Positions 22,583 through 31,594 of a stretch of DNA of 64,000 bases are shown piece by piece (positions within the stretch are counted from its first letter, which is position 1; the number at the start of each line of letters is the position of its first letter). Under the pieces are notes generated by a model. It did no database searches and was not told the origin of the DNA. It saw nothing but the letters and a program-made list of their open reading frames with translations. The stretch covers positions 27,011 to 91,010 of IMG/VR virus record IMGVR_UViG_2563366895_000001, one strand, 5' to 3'. The stretch is from a virus (Duplodnaviria; Heunggongvirae; Uroviricota; Caudoviricetes). The translations under genes and the position numbers were made by a program.

Positions 22583-23921
22583 CATAAGCGCTAACTTAAG
22601 GGTTGTGGTATTACGCCTGATATGATTTAACGTGCCGATGAATTACTCTCACGATAACTGGTCAGCAATTCTGGCCCATATTGGTAAGCCCGAAGAACTG
22701 GATACTTCGGCACGTAATGCCGGGGCTCTAACCCGCCGCCGCGAAATTCGTGATGCTGCAACTCTGCTACGTCTGGGGCTGGCTTACGGCCCCGGGGGGA
22801 TGTCATTACGTGAAGTCACTGCATGGGCTCAGCTCCATGACGTTGCAACATTATCTGACGTGGCTCTCCTGAAGCGGCTGCGGAATGCCGCCGACTGGTT
22901 TGGCATACTTGCCGCACAAACACTTGCTGTACGCGCCGCAGTTACGGGTTGTACAAGCGGAAAGAGATTGCGTCTTGTCGATGGAACAGCAATCAGTGCG
23001 CCCGGGGGCGGCAGCGCTGAATGGCGACTACATATGGGATATGATCCTCATACCTGTCAGTTCACTGATTTTGAGCTAACCGACAGCAGAGACGCTGAAC
23101 GGCTGGACCGATTTGCGCAAACGGCAGACGAGATACGCATTGCTGACCGGGGATTCGGTTCGCGTCCCGAATGTATCCGCTCACTTGCTTTTGGAGAAGC
23201 TGATTATATCGTCCGGGTTCACTGGCGAGGATTGCGCTGGTTAACTGCAGAAGGAATGCGCTTTGACATGATGGGTTTTCTGCGCGGGCTGGATTGCGGT
23301 AAGAACGGTGAAACCACTGTAATGATAGGCAATTCAGGTAATAAAAAAGCCGGAGCTCCCTTTCCGGCACGTCTCATTGCCGTATCACTTCCTCCCGAAA
23401 AAGCATTAATCAGTAAAACCCGACTGCTCAGCGAGAATCGTCGAAAAGGACGAGTAGTTCAGGCGGAAACGCTGGAAGCAGCGGGCCATTTGCTATTGCT
23501 AACATCATTACCGGAAGATGAATATTCAGCAGAGCAAGTGGCTGATTGTTACCGTCTGCGATGGCAAATTGAACTGGCTTTTAAGCGGCTCAAAAGTTTG
23601 CTGCACCTGGATGCTTTGCGTGCAAAGGAACCTGAACTCGCGAAAGCGTGGATATTTGCTAATCTACTCGCCGCATTTTTAATTGACGACATAATCCAGC
23701 CATCGCTGGATTTCCCCCCCAGAAGTGCTGGATCCGAAAAGAAGAACTAACTCGTTGTGGAGAATAACAAAAATGGTCATCTGGAGCTTACAGGTGGCCA
23801 TTCGTGGGACAGTATCCCTGACAGCCTACAAAACGCAATTGAAGAACGCGAGGCATCGTCTTAACGAGGCACCGAGGCGTCGCATTCTTCAGATGGTTCA
23901 ACCCTTAAGTTAGCGCTTATG
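22583..23921 (+). mobile_element. IS186-like insertion sequence (IS4 family), 1339 bp, with 10-bp target-site duplication
   Basis: Perfect 23-bp terminal inverted repeats CATAAGCGCTAACTTAAGGGTTG (22583..22605 and 23899..23921); direct repeat GGATCTCTCC at 22573..22582 and 23922..23931. Confidence 0.8.
22632..23750 (+). CDS. insL: IS186-like transposase
   Basis: 372-aa ORF filling the IS; translation (MNYSHDNWSAILAHIGKPEELDTSARNAGALTRRREIRD...) matches my recollection of IS186 InsL. Confidence 0.8.
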   Translation: MPMNYSHDNWSAILAHIGKPEELDTSARNAGALTRRREIRDAATLLRLGLAYGPGGMSLREVTAWAQLHDVATLSDVALLKRLRNAADWFGILAAQTLAVRAAVTGCTSGKRLRLVDGTAISAPGGGSAEWRLHMGYDPHTCQFTDFELTDSRDAERLDRFAQTADEIRIADRGFGSRPECIRSLAFGEADYIVRVHWRGLRWLTAEGMRFDMMGFLRGLDCGKNGETTVMIGNSGNKKAGAPFPARLIAVSLPPEKALISKTRLLSENRRKGRVVQAETLEAAGHLLLLTSLPEDEYSAEQVADCYRLRWQIELAFKRLKSLLHLDALRAKEPELAKAWIFANLLAAFLIDDIIQPSLDFPPRSAGSEKKN

Positions 23922-23943
23922 GGATCTCTCCCCGCCAGGTCTC

Positions 23944-24099
23944 TTACCTTTCAGATTCGTAGGCTGTGAAGACAGTGACCTCCGTCTGGCCGGTTCGGAT
24001 TCGTACCTCGCAGAGGTCTTTCCTCGTTACCAGTGCCGTCACAATGACGGTTAAACAGATGACGATCAGAGCGATTAACATCGCTTTTTGCTGCTTCAT
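23944..24099 (-). CDS. hok: Hok/Gef-family type I toxin (51 aa); not in the supplied ORF track
   Basis: Hand translation MKQQKAMLIALIVICLTVIVTALVTRKDLCEVRIRTGQTEVTVFTAYESER, close to HokC/Gef. Confidence 0.7.
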   Translation of the reverse strand: MKQQKAMLIALIVICLTVIVTALVTRKDLCEVRIRTGQTEVTVFTAYESER

Positions 24100-24157
24100 A
24101 GCCTGCTTCTCCTTGACCTTTTGGTCGGTAAGAGGCTAATCTACGTATGCTAAGCAT
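23951..24157 (-). CDS. mok: Possible mok-like overlapping reading frame
   Basis: 68-aa ORF in another frame spanning the hok ORF, as mok does in hok/sok loci. Confidence 0.35.
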   Translation of the reverse strand: MLSIRRLASYRPKGQGEAGYEAAKSDVNRSDRHLFNRHCDGTGNEERPLRGTNPNRPDGGHCLHSLRI

Positions 24158-24280
24158 AGATATGGCCTCAGATTAATGTTAAGCGTCTTGCAGGACGCGT
24201 AATGTTATCTGGGGCTTTCTTCTATCTGCTTTTCGGGTAATGCCTGAAGCAGATAGCCTCAAGCACCCGCAACGATTGTA

Positions 24281-24526
24281 TCAATGTCTGGCTTTTTTTC
24301 TATAGAAATCACCTGGAAGGGTGAATATCCACATCAAAAGAAATGTTGCAGCAAACATGATCCCTAATGGCCAGACCGCGCCAAAGAAAATCCATACTAA
24401 GATCTCCTCTGTTCGTTCTTTGCGGTCGATATCGACAAGCATTTTTCGGCTGATCATGTATACACAGAAGCCAATACAAACATATCCTGCAAAAGAGATC
24501 GCTAACTGTAAAAAATCAGATTGCAT
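24281..24526 (-). CDS. Small membrane protein (two predicted TM segments)
   Basis: Start taken at internal ATG 24526 (MQSDFLQLAISFAGYVCIGFCVYMI...) to avoid overlap with repL. Confidence 0.3.
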   Translation of the reverse strand: MQSDFLQLAISFAGYVCIGFCVYMISRKMLVDIDRKERTEEILVWIFFGAVWPLGIMFAATFLLMWIFTLPGDFYRKKARH

Positions 24527-24576
24527 CTCCGACCTCAAACTGAAAACGCCAGGTGACTCCAGATTAGAGCAATTTA

Positions 24577-25422
24577 TCACCCTCTGAATCCTGCCGGTAT
24601 ACCCCATTGTTCGTTATCTTTATTTTTGGCTAAAACCGCATTAAGAGCTTCGTTTACCGTCATGCAATGCGGCAGATTATCGAAGTTTGATATCCCGCCA
24701 ATATCAGGAGAACGCTTGTCCTTCAGGTAAGCATATTTCCGCGCTGCCGCCTCTACTTTCTGCTTGAACTCATGTTTTTGAGCGCGTTTTTTGGATAACC
24801 GCAGATTGTCAGCCTTTGCTTTTGCCTCAGCGATCCATGAAGTCAATTTTTTGAGTCTGGTCGTTCCGGCACCGCCGGAAACTGATCTTTTTGTTTTTTT
24901 AACTTGTGACTTCTTATTCTTTATTGCCACGTCATCCTGACAGGGGGAGGGGGTATCATTTTGACATGGGGGTGTGGATAAAAAATTAAATAAAGCCAAT
25001 GTCTTAGCGAGAACAGCTTTAACCTTGGTTGCCGCTGAAGAGATCTTTAATTTGCTTTCAATCAGCGCATTTTTGGCTTGTTGTGCGAAGGCCAAAAAGG
25101 ATGGTGTAAACCGGTACAGGTTAGCGCGACGTTCACGGTGATCGCCGATAACAATCTCTACAGACAGGATTCCTTTGTTTACAGCTTCACGGAATGCACG
25201 AACGACGGTTGATTGGCTATAACCAGTTTCTGCCGCGATCAGGCGGTGAGGCTTGTGAATGAAGTATTCACTGGTTGTTGCCGCGAGATTTGCACATTGC
25301 GACAGGATATGCCCGGCGCTACGGGATAGACCGGAGTGTGTTACAAAGCAGGCCAATTCATAGCCAGAAAAAGTAAAATCGCTCATCGTTATACAGCTCA
25401 GGAAAGTGACTTTAGCCAGCAT
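24577..25422 (-). CDS. repL: Putative lytic-replicon initiator (P1 RepL position, 281 aa)
   Basis: Immediately downstream of kilA in the same orientation; HTH-like N-terminal region; length matches my recollection of RepL. Confidence 0.45.
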   Translation of the reverse strand: MLAKVTFLSCITMSDFTFSGYELACFVTHSGLSRSAGHILSQCANLAATTSEYFIHKPHRLIAAETGYSQSTVVRAFREAVNKGILSVEIVIGDHRERRANLYRFTPSFLAFAQQAKNALIESKLKISSAATKVKAVLAKTLALFNFLSTPPCQNDTPSPCQDDVAIKNKKSQVKKTKRSVSGGAGTTRLKKLTSWIAEAKAKADNLRLSKKRAQKHEFKQKVEAAARKYAYLKDKRSPDIGGISNFDNLPHCMTVNEALNAVLAKNKDNEQWGIPAGFRG

Positions 25423-25451
25423 TACAATGCTGGTGGTTCTTACTACGTCTG

Positions 25452-26252
25452 TTAGCGCGTTGCCGCGACAGGTACCAGCACACCAGCATCAAGCAATCGC
25501 TTCATCAGCCACTGCTGACCTTTGCCGGTTATACGAGTCGTGAAAGAAATCCTGCTTCCATTGCTTGTATCGATCACGGTTTCTTTAAGGGTGAAATACC
25601 CACGGGATATGTATTCTTGTTTGGGGACGTTCCTGCGTTCACCGGTTGCGATCAGAATTCCGTTATCACGCAACCAGGTGAAGAGATAGTTTTGGCCCAG
25701 GCCGAGCACTTTGGCATAGTTGCCGATTAGAACCCCGCTGGCGGTAGCAACGCGTTCGGCGAATTCGACTTTAGGTGCATCCATCAGCATTTTTTGCTCC
25801 AGCCGTTGCTTTTGCTCTGCCAGGTCGGCAGCCAAACGGAGAGCTTCTGGGAGGCTCTTCGGAATAGCAGGTTGTAATCTTCCAGCTCGATAGTCGATAA
25901 ATGTCTGGTTTACCTTCAGCCGAAACGCGGGAGAAATCCAACCAGCGTACTCCACTGCGAGCAATTCATGGGCAAAAGTGCCGCCGCCACGGCCTTCGAA
26001 CGAAACTATGCAATTCTGCATAGTTTCTTTTTCAAGCTCTTCGATGAGCTGTTTAGCTGACAGCGTTCTTAGCCATTGAGCTGGCGCTTTATGGGCACCG
26101 AGTCCGCTCGCTCTGTGTAGAGCATTAAGGTTGTAACGGCCAGCGCGGTCGGTCGTAATTTCAACACCACAAATAACAGGCAGAGTGGTTGAAGGATCGA
26201 CATTTTGATGAAGGTTTGATATATTCATATCCGCATTGAATGTTTGTTGCAT
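25452..26252 (-). CDS. kilA: KilA-like protein (KilA-N domain plus antirepressor-type C-terminal domain)
   Basis: 266 aa; C-terminal half is homologous to the C-terminus of the adjacent Ant-like protein (LPEALRLAADLAEQK...GNYAKVLGL...GKGQQWL). Confidence 0.65.
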   Translation of the reverse strand: MQQTFNADMNISNLHQNVDPSTTLPVICGVEITTDRAGRYNLNALHRASGLGAHKAPAQWLRTLSAKQLIEELEKETMQNCIVSFEGRGGGTFAHELLAVEYAGWISPAFRLKVNQTFIDYRAGRLQPAIPKSLPEALRLAADLAEQKQRLEQKMLMDAPKVEFAERVATASGVLIGNYAKVLGLGQNYLFTWLRDNGILIATGERRNVPKQEYISRGYFTLKETVIDTSNGSRISFTTRITGKGQQWLMKRLLDAGVLVPVAATR

Positions 26253-26321
26253 TTTTTCTCCAAATTTGCATCAACCTTCAATCACCAGCTCGAAATGGTG
26301 ATTCTTTGCACTTAGAAAACG

Positions 26322-26338
26322 AAATTTATTAGAGCAAA
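26322..26338 (-). promoter_or_regulatory. C1-repressor operator-like site upstream of kilA-repL (P1 Op53 position)
   Basis: Plus strand AAATTTATTAGAGCAAA, 16/17 to the reverse-complemented consensus. Confidence 0.55.
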
Positions 26339-26415
26339 TTTTTCTGACTCGATCCAGATCGGGTTGGTCGATCTGCTCAGAAACCTGCCAGTTTGCTGGC
26401 AGGTTTTTTCTTTTG

Positions 26416-27453
26416 TTAACCTATTGCTACTGGTTTTAACAAACCAGCATCAAGTAGCTTGCGAGTTAACCACTGCTGGCCTTTACCCGTTAATTGGGGC
26501 GTCAGCCGTATCTGGTAGCCATTTTCATCATCCAGCACCACTTCTTTCACCGTGAAATACCCGGCGTTAATGTACTGCTGGCGCGGTACGTTTTTGCGCG
26601 CACCAAAAGCCATGAGAATGCCGTTCTGGCGCAACCATGAGAAAAGGGCGTTTTGCTTAAGTCCAACGACCTTTGCAAAGTTCCCGATCAGGATTGCATT
26701 AGCCGCTGATACCCGGTCGGCAAAATCGACTTTAGGGGCTGCGGCCACCAGCTGTTGTTCCAACTGCATTTTCTGTTCTGCCAACTCGGCAGCCAGGCGT
26801 AGAGCGTCTGGTAATGTTTGGGGGATCGATGGCGCAGGGGAGTTTGCCTGCTGCAATTCTTCCAGTTTGTCGATCAGCGAACGGCGGACTGCTTTTGACT
26901 CGCGCGCGGCGACTCGCAGGGCTTGTTTGAAAGTCATGGTTATGACAAGCATTGATGTTTTGTTCATTTTTTCCACTACACTTTTTGTGTAGTGCTCACC
27001 ATCAAGCTCATCGAGTATTTTTTCGATGAATTTGTTGTTCCGAACCTCTGGTTCCCTACATAACTTACGCGCTTCATTGACCATCTTTAACAGTGTCAGG
27101 CTGTCGATTGTGTCTCCGGTGTTGGGGATGATATTCACGGCTGGTGCTGGCGTAGCTGAAGCAACAGGTGCTGGTTTTTCAACATTCAAATTATTACCGG
27201 TCATTCTGCGCGCCTCCTTTCTCATTTCTGCTGCCACTGTTGCGTAACGTAGACGTCCTTGTTCAATCAAATAATCCCTGATCTCGGCTATCAGTAGCCT
27301 GTTGATCACAGCCTTATCTGTTCGGGTATAAAAACGTCTGGTTATCATGAAATAGTTGGCAATTGCGCCGGGGATCTCCCGTGTCGGCATACAGGTTGTA
27401 TGCAAAGCGATCGCTTTGGCTATTTCATTACGGGTGACGAGAGGTTTTTTCAT
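26416..27453 (-). CDS. ant: Antirepressor Ant-like protein
   Basis: 345 aa; phage antirepressor-type C-terminal domain; preceded by icd-like ORF with ATGA-type overlap. Confidence 0.65.
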   Translation of the reverse strand: MKKPLVTRNEIAKAIALHTTCMPTREIPGAIANYFMITRRFYTRTDKAVINRLLIAEIRDYLIEQGRLRYATVAAEMRKEARRMTGNNLNVEKPAPVASATPAPAVNIIPNTGDTIDSLTLLKMVNEARKLCREPEVRNNKFIEKILDELDGEHYTKSVVEKMNKTSMLVITMTFKQALRVAARESKAVRRSLIDKLEELQQANSPAPSIPQTLPDALRLAAELAEQKMQLEQQLVAAAPKVDFADRVSAANAILIGNFAKVVGLKQNALFSWLRQNGILMAFGARKNVPRQQYINAGYFTVKEVVLDDENGYQIRLTPQLTGKGQQWLTRKLLDAGLLKPVAIG

Positions 27454-27671
27454 AAAACCCCCTGAACGTCGGCAGAGAAGGGGAGGTTCCAGTAACTAAG
27501 TGAATTGCGCGAGTTAGTTGAAAAACGGGCAGTAAAAATGCAGGGGCCATCAGGCAATTGAGAGCGTGCTTCGTCTTCTGTTGCTGCGATGACGAAGTGA
27601 TAGTGGTGTTTTTTGCAGGAATAGAAACGCCAGATGAATTCTTGGCGTGCGCAAGGATTGGCATTAACCAT
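27450..27671 (-). CDS. icd: Icd-like small protein (73 aa) overlapping the ant start
   Basis: Length and position as P1 icd. Confidence 0.45.
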   Translation of the reverse strand: MVNANPCARQEFIWRFYSCKKHHYHFVIAATEDEARSQLPDGPCIFTARFSTNSRNSLSYWNLPFSADVQGVL

Positions 27672-27699
27672 AGTTACGGCCTCACAATCAGGTTTAACA

Positions 27700-27900
27700 A
27701 CCTGCTACCCGCTGCTAAACAGGTGGCAGGACGTGACGGGGTTAGCAGACTGGCGATTGTGAAACCAGCAGGCCGAAGCCTCCCCATCCCGCCCCACCAT
27801 AATTTGGGCGTAACGCGGTTTTACGGACACAAAAATACCGCAATATCGGATATCTGCGGCTGTCCGCACAATCATTCAGGCTGCTAAACCCGGTCGCAGA
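27700..27900 (-). ncRNA. c4: Region expected to encode the c4-type antisense RNA (not resolved at nucleotide level)
   Basis: By synteny only: between the operator at 27986..28002 and icd. Confidence 0.25.
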
Positions 27901-27985
27901 ATTTGCTACGACGGCGAAACTATAAGCCTGAACGATTAAAAGGTCAATATGATGCGAAAAGATAGCATTCGCGACTTAAAAATAC

Positions 27986-28002
27986 AAATTTATTAGAGCA
28001 GA
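27986..28002 (-). promoter_or_regulatory. C1-repressor operator-like site upstream of the c4-icd-ant block (P1 Op51 position)
   Basis: Plus strand AAATTTATTAGAGCAGA, 15/17 to the reverse-complemented consensus. Confidence 0.5.
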
Positions 28003-28283
28003 TTAGTGTCGTGCAATAGATATATTATTTGTGATGAAAAATAATGCAGAGGGATATTGTAACTTTAAGATGGATATCAATAGTCGATACATAAATTAAG
28101 TTAGCAATAAACTATTAACTTAAGAAATAATGCAGATGGTGAACTTGTCTCTGACTTTTCAGCTATACACAATAAGTTAGGGATAGCTTATAAAAAGTTG
28201 ATTAATTGATATAAGTCAATGGGAGTATTCTTGTTTACTTTCCGTTCTCGTGGTAACTTCTCGCCGGTTTTTGTTTTTCTGGG

Positions 28284-28805
28284 ATGATTCTTATGTCTAA
28301 AAAGTATACTTTATGCGCTCTTGTTGTATCTGCAATTCTTCTTTCTGGGTGTCAATCTAGCGGTGCTGATTATGCTGCCGATGTTTATGATACCGCTCAA
28401 TTGAATTCGAAGCAGGAAACAAAGACAGTCAATATTATCTCTGTGCTTCCAGCTAAAGTGAAAGTTGATAATAAAGCTAATAAAGAAGCGGCACAGACAT
28501 TTGGTGCGGTACTGGGAGCTGTTGCTGGGGGCGTTGCCGGTTATAATGTTAAAGGCACATCGACACTGGGTGCTGTAGCTGGCGGTACTGGTGGTGCGGC
28601 TCTTGGTGCAGCGGCTGGTTCTTTGGTTAGTGATAAAACAATTGTTGAAGGTGTTTCACTGACTTATAAAGAAGGAACTAAGGTGTTCACTTCAACTCAA
28701 GTTGGTAAAGCATGCCAGTTTACAACGGGGCTTGCTGTGCTTATTTCAACTAAAGATAATGAAACTCGAATTCAGCCAAATGCTACTTGTCCAGAAAAGA
28801 AATAA
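28284..28805 (+). CDS. Outer-membrane lipoprotein with glycine-zipper region (visibly AT-rich)
   Basis: Signal peptide with lipobox LLSGC; Gly-zipper GAVLGAVAGGVAGYNVKGTSTLGAVAGGTGGAALGAAAGS. Confidence 0.5.
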   Translation: MILMSKKYTLCALVVSAILLSGCQSSGADYAADVYDTAQLNSKQETKTVNIISVLPAKVKVDNKANKEAAQTFGAVLGAVAGGVAGYNVKGTSTLGAVAGGTGGAALGAAAGSLVSDKTIVEGVSLTYKEGTKVFTSTQVGKACQFTTGLAVLISTKDNETRIQPNATCPEKK

Positions 28806-28808
28806 TTT

Positions 28809-29348
28809 ATGAATAAAATTATTTTATTTCTAATCTTTTCTACGTTTAGTGTAGGCACTGCCTTGGCTAACTCGTTGCAAAGTCAAATTGCTGCTATTGC
28901 TCAAGCGGAAAATGAAGGGCGAGCTAAAGAGCAGCAAGCTGAGGATGCCAGAAAAGAACTTATTCGCCAACAAGCACAAGCTGAACGTATTAGAAGAGAA
29001 AAAGCAGCATCTGCCGCTGCTGCACGCGAAAAACAGCGTGTTGCTGCAGAAAATGAACGTAGAGCGAAACGAGAAGCCGAGCTAGCAAATGACAAGAAGC
29101 GAGATCAAGCTTATGAGGATGAGCTTCGCAAGCTGCAACTCGAAAGCATGAAACTCGAACTGCAAGCAAAAGCGGCTCGTGTCCAGCGAGAAAACGATTT
29201 TATAGAGCAGGAGTTGAAGGAGAGAGCAGCTAAGACAGATGTAATTCAGTCTGAGGCTGATGCAAATAGAAATATTTCTACAGGAAGTAAAGATTTACTG
29301 CAAAGCGAAGGAAAAGCTAGAGAGAAGAAAGCTAGCAGTTGGTGGTAG
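28809..29348 (+). CDS. Secreted coiled-coil protein
   Basis: N-terminal signal peptide (FSTFSVGTALA), then highly charged Ala/Glu/Arg/Lys-rich helix. Confidence 0.4.
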   Translation: MNKIILFLIFSTFSVGTALANSLQSQIAAIAQAENEGRAKEQQAEDARKELIRQQAQAERIRREKAASAAAAREKQRVAAENERRAKREAELANDKKRDQAYEDELRKLQLESMKLELQAKAARVQRENDFIEQELKERAAKTDVIQSEADANRNISTGSKDLLQSEGKAREKKASSWW

Positions 29349-29388
29349 TAATCGCTACGATTGCGAGCATACTGTCACAAATGACAAC

Positions 29389-29995
<607 letters not shown>

Positions 29996-30005
29996 GGGGG
30001 CTGAT

Positions 30006-30617
30006 ATGGGGCTTAATGTTGCTTCAGTAAAGTCTTATGTATCTTCGGCATTAACGACGACATTATTTGGCTCCGGCGTTGGTGAGCGGGAAGTTGGTAA
30101 GCTGACGTCAATCATCATGAACAAAATGCTGTTCGCGCAAGGATGGCAGTTCTCTGTCGAAGTTGATGGACTGGAGGGGGCAGACTTCTTTGCCAAAGAT
30201 ATTACCTACCACGATTACAGCATCGAATATGAAACGATTAAAATCGGCGGAGGGAATATCCTTCAACCAACGGAGCGTTCGCCTGGGCAGATAACAATGA
30301 TGGTCAGGGATACCGTTGATGGCCTCGTTTTGGACTGGTTTAAGACGGCAAAAAGTCGGGTGATTAATCCAGACGGTTCCGGGAATATACCGTCTAAATA
30401 TTTGCTCAATGTGCGTATTTATCGGTTGTTGTCTTCCGGCTTAACCAAACTGGAAAATGAGATGACTGTATTTCCGGTCACTACCGGCGATGTCACCTAT
30501 GCGCGGGATCAGGTTACGGAATTTAAGTCATTCCCAATGACCTTCGCATTGCACAGCACGTTTAACCAATCCTCAAGTTCTTTGGCTTCCCTTCTGGGCT
30601 TTAGCTTTTCTCTTTGA
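30006..30617 (+). CDS. Hypothetical protein (tail/baseplate block)
   Basis: 203-aa ORF. Confidence 0.4.
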   Translation: MGLNVASVKSYVSSALTTTLFGSGVGEREVGKLTSIIMNKMLFAQGWQFSVEVDGLEGADFFAKDITYHDYSIEYETIKIGGGNILQPTERSPGQITMMVRDTVDGLVLDWFKTAKSRVINPDGSGNIPSKYLLNVRIYRLLSSGLTKLENEMTVFPVTTGDVTYARDQVTEFKSFPMTFALHSTFNQSSSSLASLLGFSFSL

Positions 30618-30631
30618 ATTAAGGAGCAAGG

Positions 30632-31513
30632 ATGCTTTTACCTCTTTTCCCGCTACCATCGCGGCCAACTGAATTGATCCAGTTCCGTCAGCCAAATATT
30701 GCTGATGCGATGCGTTTCAACTCGATAACACCGGAGGAACAAGAACAACAGACAACGGCGTATTTAAAAGCCTTGCTGGCTGAACCCGCGAAACATGATC
30801 CCCTGACATGGACGGCGCAGGACCGGATTACCGCGTTATGGTGGATATTTACCGGCTCCCGTGAAACACCGGTCGAGACATTCACCTACACCTGTAAACA
30901 TTGCGGTAAAGAGCATTATTACGATTGCGATATGAATGCTCTGGCTGAAGATATCCAGGTCCTGGAAGTGGAACCTTTCATTGACGATATTGAGGTGCCT
31001 GTAGAGGGAGTACCTTATCAATGGCGTATCGTGCCGCTTGATGGTTGGGCAATGGAAATGCTGGAGATGCGCCGTGCAGCATTGCCACCTGAAGACGACG
31101 CGGAATTCAAAGAAGCGATCGTTGATTTGCGTTTTTGGGAATTCGCTTATCAGTGTGAGCTTTATAACGATGTTAGCGGTACTCGTGAAGATCAGGCTGA
31201 GCGTCGTTATGAAACGATTAAACGGATGGCCATTGATACTGAATTTATGAAGCTGGCGGCACACATCCGACTGGCTCATGAAAAGCTCGAACATGGTTTA
31301 CCGTGCTACATCGATAAAGGTGAAATGCGTCTTCGTCTCCCGCCGCATAAATGCCCAAATCAGGATAAAAAGGAGTCCACAGAGGGTGCGTATACCCGTC
31401 TGTGGGTGCCCTTTCGGGCTACCGACTTCATTCCACAGGTGGGGATTGAAAAGCTATCAGACCTTAGTGTCCAACCTGGTTTTGTATGGGGGTATACCGA
31501 TTCAGGACGCTGA
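30632..31513 (+). CDS. Hypothetical protein (tail/baseplate block)
   Basis: 293-aa ORF. Confidence 0.4.
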   Translation: MLLPLFPLPSRPTELIQFRQPNIADAMRFNSITPEEQEQQTTAYLKALLAEPAKHDPLTWTAQDRITALWWIFTGSRETPVETFTYTCKHCGKEHYYDCDMNALAEDIQVLEVEPFIDDIEVPVEGVPYQWRIVPLDGWAMEMLEMRRAALPPEDDAEFKEAIVDLRFWEFAYQCELYNDVSGTREDQAERRYETIKRMAIDTEFMKLAAHIRLAHEKLEHGLPCYIDKGEMRLRLPPHKCPNQDKKESTEGAYTRLWVPFRATDFIPQVGIEKLSDLSVQPGFVWGYTDSGR

Positions 31514-31594
31514 AAGGCTTACTGAATCCTATGCGTTTTTCCTGTTGGAGAAACTGGAAGAAAAACTTAAACCGAAACGGTAGGCGATAAGATC

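Noticed and set aside
24321-24587. 88-codon plus-strand ORF
   Set aside because: Antisense to the small membrane protein and repL 3' end; no supporting features.
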